A DNA stretch of 64,000 nt from Tubulanus polymorphus (taxonomy: Eukaryota; Animalia; Nemertea), in the NCBI RefSeq assembly GCF_964204645.1, contig NC_134030.1, positions 19,552,210 to 19,616,209 of the forward strand, written 5' to 3'. Below are positions 15,271 to 29,000 of this stretch, one piece after another. Numbering within the stretch: the stretch's first letter is position 1; each line of letters begins with the position of its first letter. A model generated the notes under the pieces. The model worked only from the letters and a program-made list of their open reading frames with translations, was not told where the DNA came from and ran no database searches. Made by a program: the position numbers and the translations under genes.

Positions 15271-16859
15271 CGTTCATCTTCCCATTTTCCGACGTAGATA
15301 CTCTATACCTAACCGTATTCAAAACTACTTACTAATACTTGTAGAATATTCTAACGGGTACCGGCAAAATCAGCTTTTTCATTCGGTTTTTTTTTTCTCT
15401 TTTTTGTAAAATTAAAAGATATTAAATGTTTTAGACGCCCCATCCATATATTAACACAACACCCCCCCCCCCTCCAAATATACAATACTTTCATTCTTCC
15501 ACTCAGATACCGAAATATTTTTCTTCAATGATTGATTCATTTAGGAGCATAGTTCATTCAGAATTGAAATGTAGAAGAAATCGAACGCGGACGACCAACT
15601 ATCTACTAGCGCACCTGGTGGATCCTCGCCTGCCATACGTGGAATCCTCGATTGCCACAGCAGACATATACAATCTCCGGGATAAATTAACACCGCTTTC
15701 AACAATGCAAGCCATTTATTTAGCGTTTTCATATCCGCTAAAATTGGTATCGATTGCTTGTGAAAACATGTGTCCTGAACACAAACATCGGCTATTTCAG
15801 GTACTTAATTCTAGCAAATAAGCCAATTTTAATCGATCATTGGTATATTGCATTCAGTCAGAAAATGGTTCTAATATGGCTTTTCCATGCGTGTATTATC
15901 ATTTTTAGTTTACATGATATCAAGCAGGATATTTTAGATGGCGGATGATCAGTTTACGTGTAACATATAGGATCATTTCCACGTATTTATGAAATATACG
16001 GCATGGTATATATCTTATATTATAGATAATCTTTTACCTAACGTTCCATTATACCCTTTTATCATTCAAAAATATCGTGCTGTAAAATCGTTTAGATTAG
16101 TAGCACTGGACAAAATAAGTGAATGAATTCTCCTTTTCCGGTTCGTCCAGTAATTGCTTCCTTGATAATTTCAGATCAAACGGGAAATGTAAAATAATGA
16201 TTAATTTGGTACTCATCTTTAATTGTATCTACGTACGGAGTATAGGACATCTACAAACAATGGTTATCTTATGGGAACCGTTCTCGATTAACATAATGAT
16301 TATGATCATTAAAATTCATTCAGTGCATATCGAGAAACTTTTTTTTGAAAACCATTAAAATAGTGAATCTGAAATCCAGTTCACCACCGATGATCGATTT
16401 GAACTTGCTGCCTCATAGTATTTGCTCGAATCAAGTAGGAAAAAGCCTCATCGTATTTGCTTTTGTTGCACATGTTTCCAATAGTCCACCGCATCGAACG
16501 TATATTTGAACGTATATTTCATTTTCATCCTGATAACAAATGCATTTATTTCCAACTGTTGTCGAGTTTAACGTATTCAACAAACCCTAGGCCATCAAAC
16601 TTTGGTCAGGAATTTGCGGACGATTAATTTTTTTAAAGTACGCTGACCAATCCTAACGTCGTATCGTCATCGGGTGCTTGTGCATGGGGTACTCATTTGC
16701 ATGCATTATTTCAGTTTAGAAAGCCTCAGATGCCGGTGGAGTCGCGAATATTTCGACGATGAAAAACACAGAAAATGGTACAACAACTCTAACCCTGGTA
16801 TCTATTCCCAATCACAACAAAAGTTTTTTAGAAGTGCTTTACGTCCCAACTGCAATGAG

Positions 16860-17048
16860 TTACAGTGTAAGCCTAGTGCGTCTTAAGAGATGGTCGGGGC
16901 ATTTTTATAGGTTGTTATGGCTCGCAAACTAACTAAGTTAGCATAGCTTAGTCCATGTATGTGTCTCGACAGCCAACGCCAGAGGTGGTTTCGAACAAGG
17001 GACCTCACGGTTCCCAGTCCTCCACTCAACAAACTGAGCTAACTGCAC
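16860..17048 (-). mobile_element. tRNA-derived SINE fragment
   Basis: The minus strand reads GTGCAGTTAGCTCAGTTTGTTGAGTGGAGGACTGGGAACCGTGAGGTCCCTTGTTCGAAACCACCTCTGGC, with A-box and B-box-like motifs but no intact cloverleaf. Confidence 0.55.
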
Positions 17049-17479
17049 AGGACAAAGGTTTTGGCTGAAGTTCTGGACATTTGTTCCTCTGTCCGGATTA
17101 TCGATTTCCAAGATGACTTTTTTTTCTTTCTTTGTAGTTCATTCCCCGCTCGTAATGTACGTATCCAGGAGAACGATCAGTTTTTGAAAGTGCGGAGCAT
17201 GATATGTTAGAAATGTCTGTGTGTTTAGTTCATTTTCCTATGGAAATGCTTAAGTCCTGAACACACGTCGAGTACGGTGCAGTTGGATAAACGGGAACTT
17301 ACGTTTACGAACTTACGTACGAGCATCTGCGGACAACCTTGATTTCTTAAGAGATATACTATACGTATAAATACAATACAATTAAAACGTTATCGTCGAT
17401 ATTGCTACCGTTTGGGAGGTGAATGTATTGAAAGTTTGAAGCATTCAGGGTTGGAAAAACGGTAAGAATAGAACGTGCG

Positions 17480-17851
17480 TCACAGGCAGCAGATTGACAC
17501 GTTGAATAGTTGAATGATACCCAAGCCCCCCCCCCCCAAAAAAAAAAAACTCACGTTATTTCCTTATCGACGAACGAATTATGAAATAGCAAATACAAAA
17601 CGGATATGCATTTGAATACGAATTATAAAACGACATAAATTGAGTCAAATGAAGTAAATCGCTGATTGTTTGGATCACCTAACCGCACTCGCTTATAACC
17701 TATCATTAAAAAACAGAAAAGCATTTTAGTTCATGTTTGCTGTCAATATATTTGTTTTTCTAAGCAAAATCGATACCGCACCAGTTCTATATTATTATTA
17801 CTATATTTCCGAATGATCATTGTGTGAAATTCACTGCCAGACGCCGTAAGT
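17480..17851 (+). promoter_or_regulatory. Shared upstream module of the EPN lectin (inverted orientation)
   Basis: Reverse-complement homolog of the other modules, ending in a GTAAGT donor at 17846-17851. Matching acceptor TTTATCAG ends at 19142. Confidence 0.6.
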
Positions 17852-18430
17852 AAAAAAAAAACTCTGTTACTGTTAAAGTTACTGTTTTTCATCAACCAAT
17901 ACGTTTCAGATAGCTTACTCACAGCTATTCACCATATTCTTTTTCTTTTAAAAAAGTTGATTTTGAATTTTCACATATTTCATGCATTCACCGATTCGGG
18001 AAGTTTTTTTAAGAACTAAATTTACCGAGTTCCCCGATTCTAAATTCGACGAAATATCAACAGTTCAGCTTTCATCGAGTTCTTTAACGAAGCGACTTTG
18101 GTGATGATCTTTTTTTTCTGGGGATTTTTTTTAGGTAGCTCGGTATCTGACAGATATTTCGGAAACTTATAAAGAAAGTAGTTTTCAGTAATAAACATCT
18201 TTCATCCATATCTTGATTATGTACATGTACATATCTGTTGACTGTCGCTAATAATTGTTGTGTGGAAATCAGTTTATGATATTGCACAACTCCGCTATTT
18301 TAGTCAATAGAACGTTGTGAAGATACCTACCGTGCCAGAAATTGTCCGTATAGCGATGAAGAGATGTGACTGAAACTACGGTGTTGTCATATCGCGGAAT
18401 CACGGAATTTCCAAAAACACGGAAACCCGC

Positions 18431-18501
18431 GCACTCACCGGGGTTCGAACCCGGGTCTCGTGCGTAGAAAGCAAAACATGGTACCGTCATGGCTATGCAG
18501 C
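18431..18501 (-). mobile_element. tRNA-like SINE head
   Basis: T-arm CCGGGTTCGAACCCCGG with a perfect B box but degenerate D and acceptor arms. Related copies lie at ~19846-19880, 52783-52856 and ~54246-54280. Confidence 0.6.
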
Positions 18502-19170
18502 TTGTCACGATGAGTAACAGCCGCTTGTAATCTTAGAACTCACGGTTGTGAGATAATTACTATTATGCCCTCAGGAGGAGTTCCTTCGTTCTAAAACTTA
18601 TTATTTAGAATATTTACAATATTTAGAATATTTTAACAACACTAAATATCACTGATAATTGTTATAGATATTTCATCTATATTTCGTATTTCTTTATTGT
18701 TTTATGTCTCCATCTTATTACTCATTGTCCTCTGAGACTGTTTGTCTGTGTCAGAATGTGTTAATTGTTTTTTGTCTCACTGTGATGTCACAACTCGTCA
18801 CCTTTGTTTTTGTATCATTTTCCATGTCTCAATCTGTCTGAATCTGTGTTATATAAATAGCTATGTGTAAAAATAAAGTCAGTCCAGTTTTGGTATTCCA
18901 AACTGATAGTTCGCTCGTTCCGGATTTCCGACGTCGACCATTCTTCGAGAATAGGACTGAAAATAGCTTTGCTAAACTATTCGCGATAGGCCGTAATGTT
19001 TTCAGCAGCTGCTGAAAGCATATCCTTTTCGACAACGATCATTCTTCAATTTTAGCAAAACGGAATTTTCTAGCAATTGAAACCGCCAAATTTTTTCAAA
19101 AGCTAAAACGATTCCGCCCATTATCTCATTGTTATTTATCAGTTCTAGATAAAAGAAAACTGACTTTAAA

Positions 19171-21065
19171 ATGAAGCTGATAATATCGACTCTGTTACTG
19201 GTCTGTTTAACAACGACAGGTAAATATATTAATATGAAAGTCAAACTAGGCATATACAAAATAGTTACAAATTAAACCAAAAAAGATTTGGAATGAACTT
19301 ATGGTTGGGAATGCGTACTAGTATGATATAGCGAACACGTGTTGATAAAAAAGTCACAATTAATGATTGAATTTGATCAAATAATGCCTAATCAGTGGTC
19401 AGGCCTATACTTAAAAAACCAGCTATGTACAATGCTTGAAACCCCACGTATAAAATCCCATGTGAGTCACATTGTTAATCTCCGTTGGCATATGTACATA
19501 GTGTCCGGGTGTGTTTGTGATGAGGGTTGGGCGCAAGCTGGAGACGCAAAATGTTTCAAGTTTTTTGAGGACTCTCTCCCGCAAGACCAACACTGCGGTT
19601 CTTCAGAATTGGCCAGGATCGATAGCATGGAGGAAAATAACGTTGCTCGAAGTAAGTATATGTTTGGGAATCCGGAGTTTTTATGGAATAAGGCGTAACT
19701 GAAACAATACTGTCATGATTATTTCAGACCAGATACCTACTGGCGTGACAACGGCTTGGCTCGGTTTTCGGAGACCATTCAACTTCACTACGGTACATTC
19801 TCAATATGAGTAGCTGTAACGATTAACAGTGAAATTGCATACGTACACTCACCGGGGATCGAACCCGGGCCTCGTACGCAGCATGTATACTTTCACCGGT
19901 AGACCCATTAGTAGAACTTGTCAATGCAAATGATTAAACCATTTTAAGCGTATAGTTTTATGGTTATCCAGACGGGTCCTTCAACTGTAAAAACTATAAA
20001 AATAAGGATTTGTTCATCGGTAAATGAACCGCCTGGTGAAAGGTTCGCTATCTTTCAGAAAAGACAAACAGAACTACGTTGTTTGGCATGCGCACGTGAG
20101 ATATGATAATGGGTGATGAATAGTTTTTTTTTTTTCAAAACCGCGTTCAGCCTGTATCACTATATAGTTAGACCGTTCTAAGTGCTAAAAAATCAGTGCT
20201 ACGGACTGGCAAGATGTAACCATGATTATTTCGCCCCGATATTTATAGATCATAGCTTTTTGGGTCCCCCCTGGTTGTTATTCGTTTTAAGAAATTCTGC
20301 TATTCGTCTTGACTCGTCAATCCGTGGTACATTTTATGACATGTTCAAAGCAATCAAATAAGGCACATACGATTAACGATCAATAATATTCCGTCTGCCT
20401 ATACATATTGTTAGGCAAATAAAAATATGAAGTCTGAAAACTATACTAATCCGCTTGTCGATGAACATACGGACTTTATAAAAAAATAAATGTTACCAAA
20501 TGAAAGCCCATACACGAAAACCTGAAATTAGTGTAATAGCGGGCTACTTAAGACCATGGTTTAGGAGTTACATACTTTTTAAAGGATTTCTATCTATGAA
20601 ATCAAATTGGGTTTTGGTTGCCTTGGTATCCGTTTCCATGGAACTTGCAGCAGTTTCCACGGAAACGGATATCGATTCCCCGAAGCCAGGATGCAATGCT
20701 TTCGAATGATACCAAATTTGTCCATACGGTATCTCTTTTGAACGGAACCTAATTTCTAGAGGACTTTTTCGTACTTCGGTGCCCCTCTTATTTTCGCATC
20801 TTTATCGTGGGATTCTCATTACATTATCAAGTGTGAATATTATGACGTGTCCAGTTCATCGACACGCAGCGATAATTTGCCATTAGTTTTATTCATTTCG
20901 CTGTAGGGTTTTACACGGTGGAGAATAGGAGAACCGAATGGATTCGGTGGGAAATACGGCTATGAAAATTGCGTTGAAATGAAGAGAAGAAGAGGTGTGT
21001 GGAACGATGTTGTATGCAACAAACAAATGCCGGCTATTTGTTCAAAGGGCTGTCGGCAAAAATGA
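19171..21065 (+). CDS. Secreted C-type lectin, EPN/WND type, 140 aa (copy A)
   Basis: Exons 19171-19219, 19502-19651, 19728-19792 and 20907-21065, GT-AG and in frame: MKLIISTLLLVCLTTTVSGCVCDEGWAQAGDAKCFKFFEDSLPQDQHCGSSELARIDSMEENNVARNQIPTGVTTAWLGFRRPFNFTTGFTRWRIGEPNGFGGKYGYENCVEMKRRRGVWNDVVCNKQMPAICSKGCRQK*. Confidence 0.9.
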
Positions 21066-21903
21066 ACAGGGACGACGTGAAATCCATTAACATTCTTTCC
21101 TTGATCAATTCTTCGCTAAATCGCTACTGTACATTCATAAAGATCCGCTAGATGATTTGTTTGGAAATTTTCAGGTTTGAAAGCCTAAAAAACCCACTTC
21201 AGGTAAACCAATTCTCACTGCGGATAACCTATCTTTCGCCATTAGGTGTGTACCGGTACCCCAACAGGGATCTGAATTAATTTCATCTGTGTTAATATAA
21301 CCCAAGTCAGATTTGAACGTTGAAAATACATCGTCTCTTAGCAAAACTCACCACCGCTCGTCCATCGACCCGCATGACGCGTCGGTGCTCGACACGGAAC
21401 TAGAGACCTGATTAAGGAGAGGCATTGGGAAAGCCATACAGACGAGGTCCTTATCCTAATTGGGAGTCGACGCCAGCTCCCCCTTGCAGAACAATTAAAC
21501 GATAACTATACACATGCATGGGTTTGGATTGAAAGCGGTGTTGAGTTATTTTGGTTCAAAATTCGTGGATTTTCAACGGTCAAATCATATATTATTTTCA
21601 CTGCAATACTGTCTCTCTCATATTCGCATTTTGTTCCGTATGAAAAATAAAAGTATTCTGTTTAACGGCATTACGGTCGTCTTAGTTTCATCGATGCTCC
21701 GCAGTTCCGTTTATGCCTCGTTCGCACGAATTGGAATCTTCTTTATCTCGTTTTTCCAACAAAACATCAGTAATTCAGTACGAGAACACCAGGCGGCACT
21801 GAAGCCAGCGTAGTATTCCATTTACGTGAAATATAGTGAGTTTCGTTTAACAACATACACCTTTTCTGCTTTAAAATGATAATCGATGTACAATCGTGTT
21901 TCT

Positions 21904-22163
21904 AAAGCCGGGCGTAGGTCGGCCTGGCGACGGCTTGCGACTCACTGCGACCGCCAGCGACGATCGCGTCGCAACGACCAACCGACCTACGCTACCTTGC
22001 GATTACCAGCGACGGGTTGCGACTGCCAGCGACGCCTGTCGCAATGAGTCGCACATGTTCTACTTTCTGCGACGCGACGCGACCGTCGCAACCGACCTAC
22101 GCACTCTCGCGACTGTGGTCGCTCGCTGACAATCGCGTCGCAACCGACTTACGCCCCCACTTG
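21904..22163. mobile_element. GC-rich MITE
   Basis: Ends AAGCCGGGCGTAGGTCGG / CCGACTTACGCCCCCACTT with many internal GCGAC/GTCGC repeats. Copy at ~56316-56575. Confidence 0.7.
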
Positions 22164-23053
22164 TGACGCAACGCGACGGTCGACATCACGCTGGATTGAT
22201 TTACGGTTTGTCAAAAAGAGTTTGGGTTGTGACTGACTGAATATGAGTTTGACTAGATGTAGAATTTTGCACACAGGAATAAAAAGTCATACGTAGAAGT
22301 ATTTGTTCCTGAAACGTCTGTATTTAGAAATCTTTTCATTTAACTTTGATTGAAAATATCGACTACTTTTAGATATATGCCACATCGAACAACGCTCGAA
22401 GACTGTCTAACAAACAAAATTTAATAATGTTAGGTTTTTGTTTATATGTTGGCGGTTGGTCAAGATTTTGGATGCTTTTTAAGTATTTGGTTAAAAGGGC
22501 CATCAACGAATACAGAGTTTATAGAGTTACATGGCCCCCATCAACTGGAAAACTAAATGAAGTAAATAGGCATTCATCATTTTCCACTAAAGTCTATTTG
22601 AAAAAGTAATATGTGATGACGAAATTTTATCGAATATGAAATTGAAGATTTAGATATTTTCTGAAATCTGAAAGCGGTAAAAACTCTCGATTGTTTGAAT
22701 TTTTCATTCATGGTGCAGAATTTATGTTGATAGAAATTGCATTTAACTCAAAAATTCAACTGTTACTCATTTCTTTTCGCAACAATCCGTGATAGAAGAT
22801 ATTTAAATTGATGCTTTTATGATATGGATATATAGCACTCCTAGTGTGTATTTAAAGTACTACGTGGTAATGAGTACTCAGAATAAATCAGATATCCATA
22901 AATATATGAGTTAAAATAATTGTTTAAGTGATGTGAAGCGAATTCAAGAGCGAAATCGCGGAAAGGAGTCTGGTGAAAACATATGTATTTCGACTGAAGA
23001 ATATTTAAGCTATTTCGATAAGTGCCTAAAGGTAATATCGACTGACAAATGTT

Positions 23054-26000
23054 TTAGCGAGTTTTCGAAGTCCGTTTATTTCTAGCCCGAATCGATTTAA
23101 CATCAATAGTGAGGATGGTGTAAAGAAGTGGATTCAGTGACGAGTTGATCGGTAGGAAAAGTACCGCCAACCAAGCCGCCACTTGGTTCGGTATTTCTAC
23201 TCGCAATACAGCGCAAAACTGAACGATAATTATCGGTAACCAGCAAAATGAATTACACAGATTTATCACTAAACTCCTACGTGCCAGAATCAATTCGGTA
23301 GGATCAGCTCTACCCGAGCCGGACCTGCTTCCAGATACGAGTCTATACATCTGTGCATACGTCATCATTATTGTAGCAAGTACGACCGAGTTAAACACGG
23401 CAAAAATAGCGAATGAGTATTGCCAGGCGTGGACATCGATGGTCAGTAAATTCATAGGTAGACAAACACCAGTTGTGCCGTAAAAGTTATATCCGAAGTA
23501 AGAAGATGACGATAGCGGTAGCATTGAAACGATGCTTAAAATGACCCAACAAATGCAGCAAATGCCGGATACAGATTTCGAAGATATGATTGGGCTTCCT
23601 GAAAATGGATCGACGATATTTGAGTACCTTTGAAGGGTAAGAATGAGGAGAAAAGTCAAAGATCCCTCGCACGAAATCGTCAATGTAATCCCGGCGAGTC
23701 GACACGATAAACTATCTGTCCAACTTTCCGAATTCAGGAAATATGAACCTTTATAGACGTAATCGGCTCCTGCGATCAGAAACAGATAAATCGACATCAG
23801 GAAATCACAGGTGGCAATATTAATGATGAGGATATCAGAGGATGTATTACGTGATTCGGAGGAAGCATTTCGAAACTTTTGTATGCGAAGTAAAATGACA
23901 ATGATGTTCGCAAAAAAGCTGAATGAAGCGATCACCCAAATGATTGCTCTAAGAACAGTGTTACCCATCAGGTCGGAACAAGATGAAAATTGGTCGGCTT
24001 CTGGGAGACACTGGTCAACATTCGGAACCATGCAACAAAATTTGTACGCGTCAGAAGTCAAAGTACTTAATGCTAAAAGACTGTCGAAAATGTTTTTATC
24101 TACGGTTATGACTTTTGAATTTTTGGTTAGATCAAGATTTCTAAGTTTTGATAACCCTTCAAACGCATTTGGTGAAATATATCTAATTCTGTTACTGCTG
24201 ATATTCAACGACTCTAAAGCGGATAAACCACTGAACACGTTTTCACCGAGTAACGACAAGGAAAGTCCGTGAAGATCGAGATCTCTAACTGACTTTAAGC
24301 CATCAAAACTGCCTTCTCCTAAATATCTCACTGGATTTCCAAAAATGAAAAGCTTTTTCAAACTATACAAACCGGCGAATGTATTAGCGGACAATGATAT
24401 TATGCGGTTATATGTAAGATCTAATGTATGTAGATTATGCAGGTTTGAGAACGAGTTTGGAACAATATAAGACAAATTGTTACGTGAAATATTAAGGAAA
24501 TGTAGATAGAGGTAAGAAAAAAACGTAGATTCATTGAATACAACTCGGTTTCGTGATAAAATCAGAACTCGAGTTGATGCTGAGAAAATGTCAGTAATTT
24601 CTGCCAGATCTGCATGATCGCAATCGACTAAATAGCCTTGGCATTTACAATATTTTGGACACTTGACATTACAGTATGACTCGTCATCAGTGGTATGTTT
24701 ACAATTGACAACACCGTCACAAACTTCATATTGAGGTATACATCGGTTTTCCTGGCCACATTTGAACATGCCGGGACACGACAAAGTCTCGCAGTTTCGC
24801 TCGTCTTCTGAATTAGGGCAATCGGATCGACCATCGCACACCTGTCCCATCGGTATACAGTAAGATGCTGGACATTTAACAGTACCAGCTGGACATTTGA
24901 AATCAGTACAACCTTGTATATGCTCGAGCCTTCTACATACCGGGTAACCAATCGGCATCCTTTCTAAAATGCATCTGTGACGTCTAGAATAACAATGAGG
25001 AGATTCAAAAGAACATCTTTGTTCATCAGATTTCGTACATAAGTTTGTGAAATTAGTCGTGCAGTAGTTCTCCGTAGTGCACTGAATATTCGGGTTAACA
25101 GTTATATTTGTGACTATTTCATCTTCTTCGAGGTCCCCACCACAATCAACAACACCATCGCGATACAACAGAGAACTGATACATTCACCATTTACACACA
25201 GAAACCCGTTACATTCATCTGAAGAGCAGCCGATCTCATCAGATTTATCTTTACAATCAACCAGTCCATCACATCGTTTATATCTACCTACACATTGTCT
25301 ATTGTTGCACTTAAACTGTTCAGAGGAACATGAAGTATGATAGCACGAGTTCTCATCTGATCCGTCAGCGCAATCTCGTACAAAATCGCACAAATCACTA
25401 ACAGATATAACTTCTCCATCGGTACAGTGGAACTGACTCTGTAAGATTGATTTCGAACAATCGCGTTCATCATCACCGTGTTGACAGTCGTTTCTGGTAT
25501 CACATACGCGATGGCTACTGATACATCTTTGATCGTTACATTCAAATTGCCACGATTTACAACCACTTATAGAAGCCAACTCTTCACCAGTTACATTATA
25601 GGAACATAGCACGGAATGCGCTACATCTGTGATATTTTCGAAGGCAGTCACTGACCATTTCACCGTTTTTATATATGTCATCTCATCTCTGGTCAAAACT
25701 GGATTCAGAGCAAGAAATTCACTATCCGTAGCCTTCACCAGTATAGCACCATATTGATGTTCATAATGAAATATTTGAATCAAATGTTGAATTTTACTAT
25801 CATTGGATACTATACCTATTTCTCCACCAATTGTATGACACATTCTCTCAGCTTCCCGAACTGCCAATCTTTGAGTATCCCAGGCTGTAAGTATCTGATA
25901 GCAATTTCTTTCTAAACCAATCCATCCTTTAAAACATGTTGAGTTTACTGCTTTAAATATCTGAGAACGATAAGTTCCGTTTTTGTTTGAAATACTCGAC

Positions 26001-29000
26001 AATTCGTGATTGTTGATAGTTATGTAGTTATTTGCGTCTTTCTCACAAACGAAAGTTGTTCGAGTCTCCTCTATTTGACACGGGAATCGAACCCAGTTCG
26101 CTGATCCTCGTGGATTATTCAGTATCATCGCCGTACACGGCATATTGACGTCATTTATCGGTTGTTTTCGTAGAGGAGATATCAATCCTTGAATAACTTC
26201 TGGTATCGTTTCGTTTATCACAGCAGGTCTAAACCATTCTGTGTAGCTCAATGGTTTCCCATCAGTCCACGTGTAATAACCATCATTCTGTTGAAGAATA
26301 GAAATCAGTTTCATTCATCGAAATGGTTTTAACAGTGTTCACGACGATTAAATTATAGATATCTAACTTGTGTCTGATTTCAGTTTATTCCACTTAGATT
26401 TTGACACAATTTACGTTCAAGATACTATAGAAATCTTCTTCAATAGTTATGAGAGTTTTTTAGGTATAAGTAGAGAATGCACGAGTGTCTGAATCTGTAT
26501 AAAATTTCAAAAACCATTTTCAACAAAGAGAAGTAAACATTTTTATAGTAGACTTTGAAATTACCTGCCATTTCAATCCAATCATCACAATCAGCGCCGC
26601 CTGTGAATACGCCTCCAGGAGAAGTTTAGTAGCGAACAGTTTTTTTACAGCGATAATTTCATCTTGTGAGTTGATACTGAGAAGATGTCCACCGTATTTC
26701 TGTTGACAATACATTTCAGCGTTCTCCCAGTTCAGACGTTTGTGCCTTATGTATCTAATACACGAAACACCTGAATCTAGAAAATCTGATCGGCAGGAAC
26801 TTATTTCAGGTGTTTGTAAAGGCGATTGTTCTAAAGTGTATTGAATTTGAAATGTTGGGATATAGTTTGTTGCTTCGAAGTAAACGTCGTGCCCGAGTAG
26901 ACTGTACAATACAAGTCCAGGTACAGCGTTATTTTCACATATTTTAGTCTCGAGACGATGCAGCCCAAAGCCGATTCCATGATTACCAGGTTTCAAGATA
27001 ATCTGTACTAGTAATAGAAGATCTCTGATTGTAAAAATATCAGAAGGGCTACACGAGGCTTGTCCAATATATTTAAACAGGAATCTGATGTAATATGAAT
27101 GTGTATTTGTGGGGTTACGAAATGAATAGAATCGCGATTTACTGCTTTTTGTAAAAAAAGACGGATAGTTCGGTGATTGTACGACTCCACATTCCTCTAA
27201 TACCCACGGGATGACGATGAATGAATTTGAACTGATCATCGGGGAATCTCGATCTGCCTTCAATCCCAAACATTTACGTCGTAGTACTATCATTATTGCA
27301 CTACTCCAGAACACAAAACCACTTCCTTTGAATATCAGTTGATTCGATACGAGACTGTTGTTCAATAATCGATTCGTAAGAGTAACATAATAACATGTAG
27401 TAAAACCACGGACACATACGTCAATTTGATATTCATATTCTGATAAAATATAAATGTTTTCTAAAGGAAGGCGCCGGTTTTCGGGTGTAATCACGAGACA
27501 GTGTGACGTCATATTGATCTGATTTTCTCCTTTCCGCACAACATACCCGTCACAATCAGTAGGAATGAATCCGAGATGCCCAGAGTAAGGTACATCATTA
27601 TAAGCGTATCCTACTACAGTAACCGGTCCTCCTGATGTAATCAGACTGACGACGTGACGACCGTACCACCGACCTCCAGGACAATACGGACCATAGCGTC
27701 TAGCTGTAAAATTACCACCATCATATATATAAAATCCAGCTCTCTCGCACGTCTCTGATAAAATTGTCAGTTTCAATCTATCCTCATAGATATCAACGTT
27801 CTGTTTAGATTCTAAGGTATTTATACGATACATAAATTTTTCCGTCTTCGACATCGGGAACAGATCCCTGGCAGGCAATCCGTAAATGGAGCGATACATC
27901 TACAAAAATCAATAAATCACCATTAATAGAATTACATATCTATGTTATTCTGGATTAATCCATTTTAGAGGTATATTATGTTTTACAATTATCAAAGAAT
28001 ATAACCGACATATACTACAAAGAATTCAGTTTTTCATTATGCATGAAATATCCAACGGCAAACAATTGTCGAAAGTAGATCTTAAAAAATCTGTCTGGGC
28101 CACGCAAAAACTATAGCTCGTTCTTCATCAGTTTTATTTTCCGCGCGCGTGCGTCCAAAATAGTTCGTCAATAATGGGTAGAAATAAAAATGCGCATCCC
28201 GCATGACGAAATCTGATTTCGTTTCTCAGATGAAAATAAAACGCCCGCACGCATCCAGATAAATAATTTCATCACACTTTATACGTGTTCGTCTTGAGGT
28301 CACTACTCAATTGTTACTATGGCAGGTGAGCATTTCGGTAAAGAAGTGCTTTGCAAGCTAATTCAAGGTCGTTGACGCCTACATTTTCCCGTTTTCAAAG
28401 TAGAAAATAGTCGTCCTCGTCACTTTTGCCATTCGGAATGAGGCTTTATATTCCGCTCTTTGTTTCTAAGGGAGGTGCAAATAAAAAGTCGACGGAATTT
28501 TTGATTATGTTTTCAGTCAAATTAAAATCAATATAAATTCTTATTTTTTAATACAATACAAACTTTCTCTCCGATTTTTGGTTTTTATTTCCGCGGTTCT
28601 AGAATTTCATGAGGTTCACGAATTTACATTTAACAATTTAGTTATACAGCATTATCCGAGTAATAAGTTTTACTCACCCTGTGTTTGTGGACTTGTACGT
28701 CTCCTATAGAGATAGATTTTACTTCAAATTCAATTTTCACATTCGATTGTAAAACACCTGATCTTATTAGAACGCACAGTATGACGAGAAAGTCGTCAGA
28801 TTTAACACTCAATGATTCCAGGTAGTTGTAACCGAGTAAAATATCAGTTCCTACAACGCGTAACCCTTCTAGTTTATATACACCAATGACATCACCGGAT
28901 GTGCTGAGATCACGTGTCCAGTTGAAGACGACGTACTGTAACACCTGCACTGTGATAGACCAGCAGTGTAAGTGTTTTGATCGGGTTATTACGTGTAAAC

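Noticed and set aside
18431-18501. Possible tRNA gene
   Set aside because: Only the T-arm and B box are intact, and diverged copies exist; treated as a SINE head.
23487-25566. Overlapping alternative-frame and antisense ORFs inside the receptor exon, and their copies at 57899-59978
   Set aside because: Shadow ORFs of the long coding exon with no domain signal.
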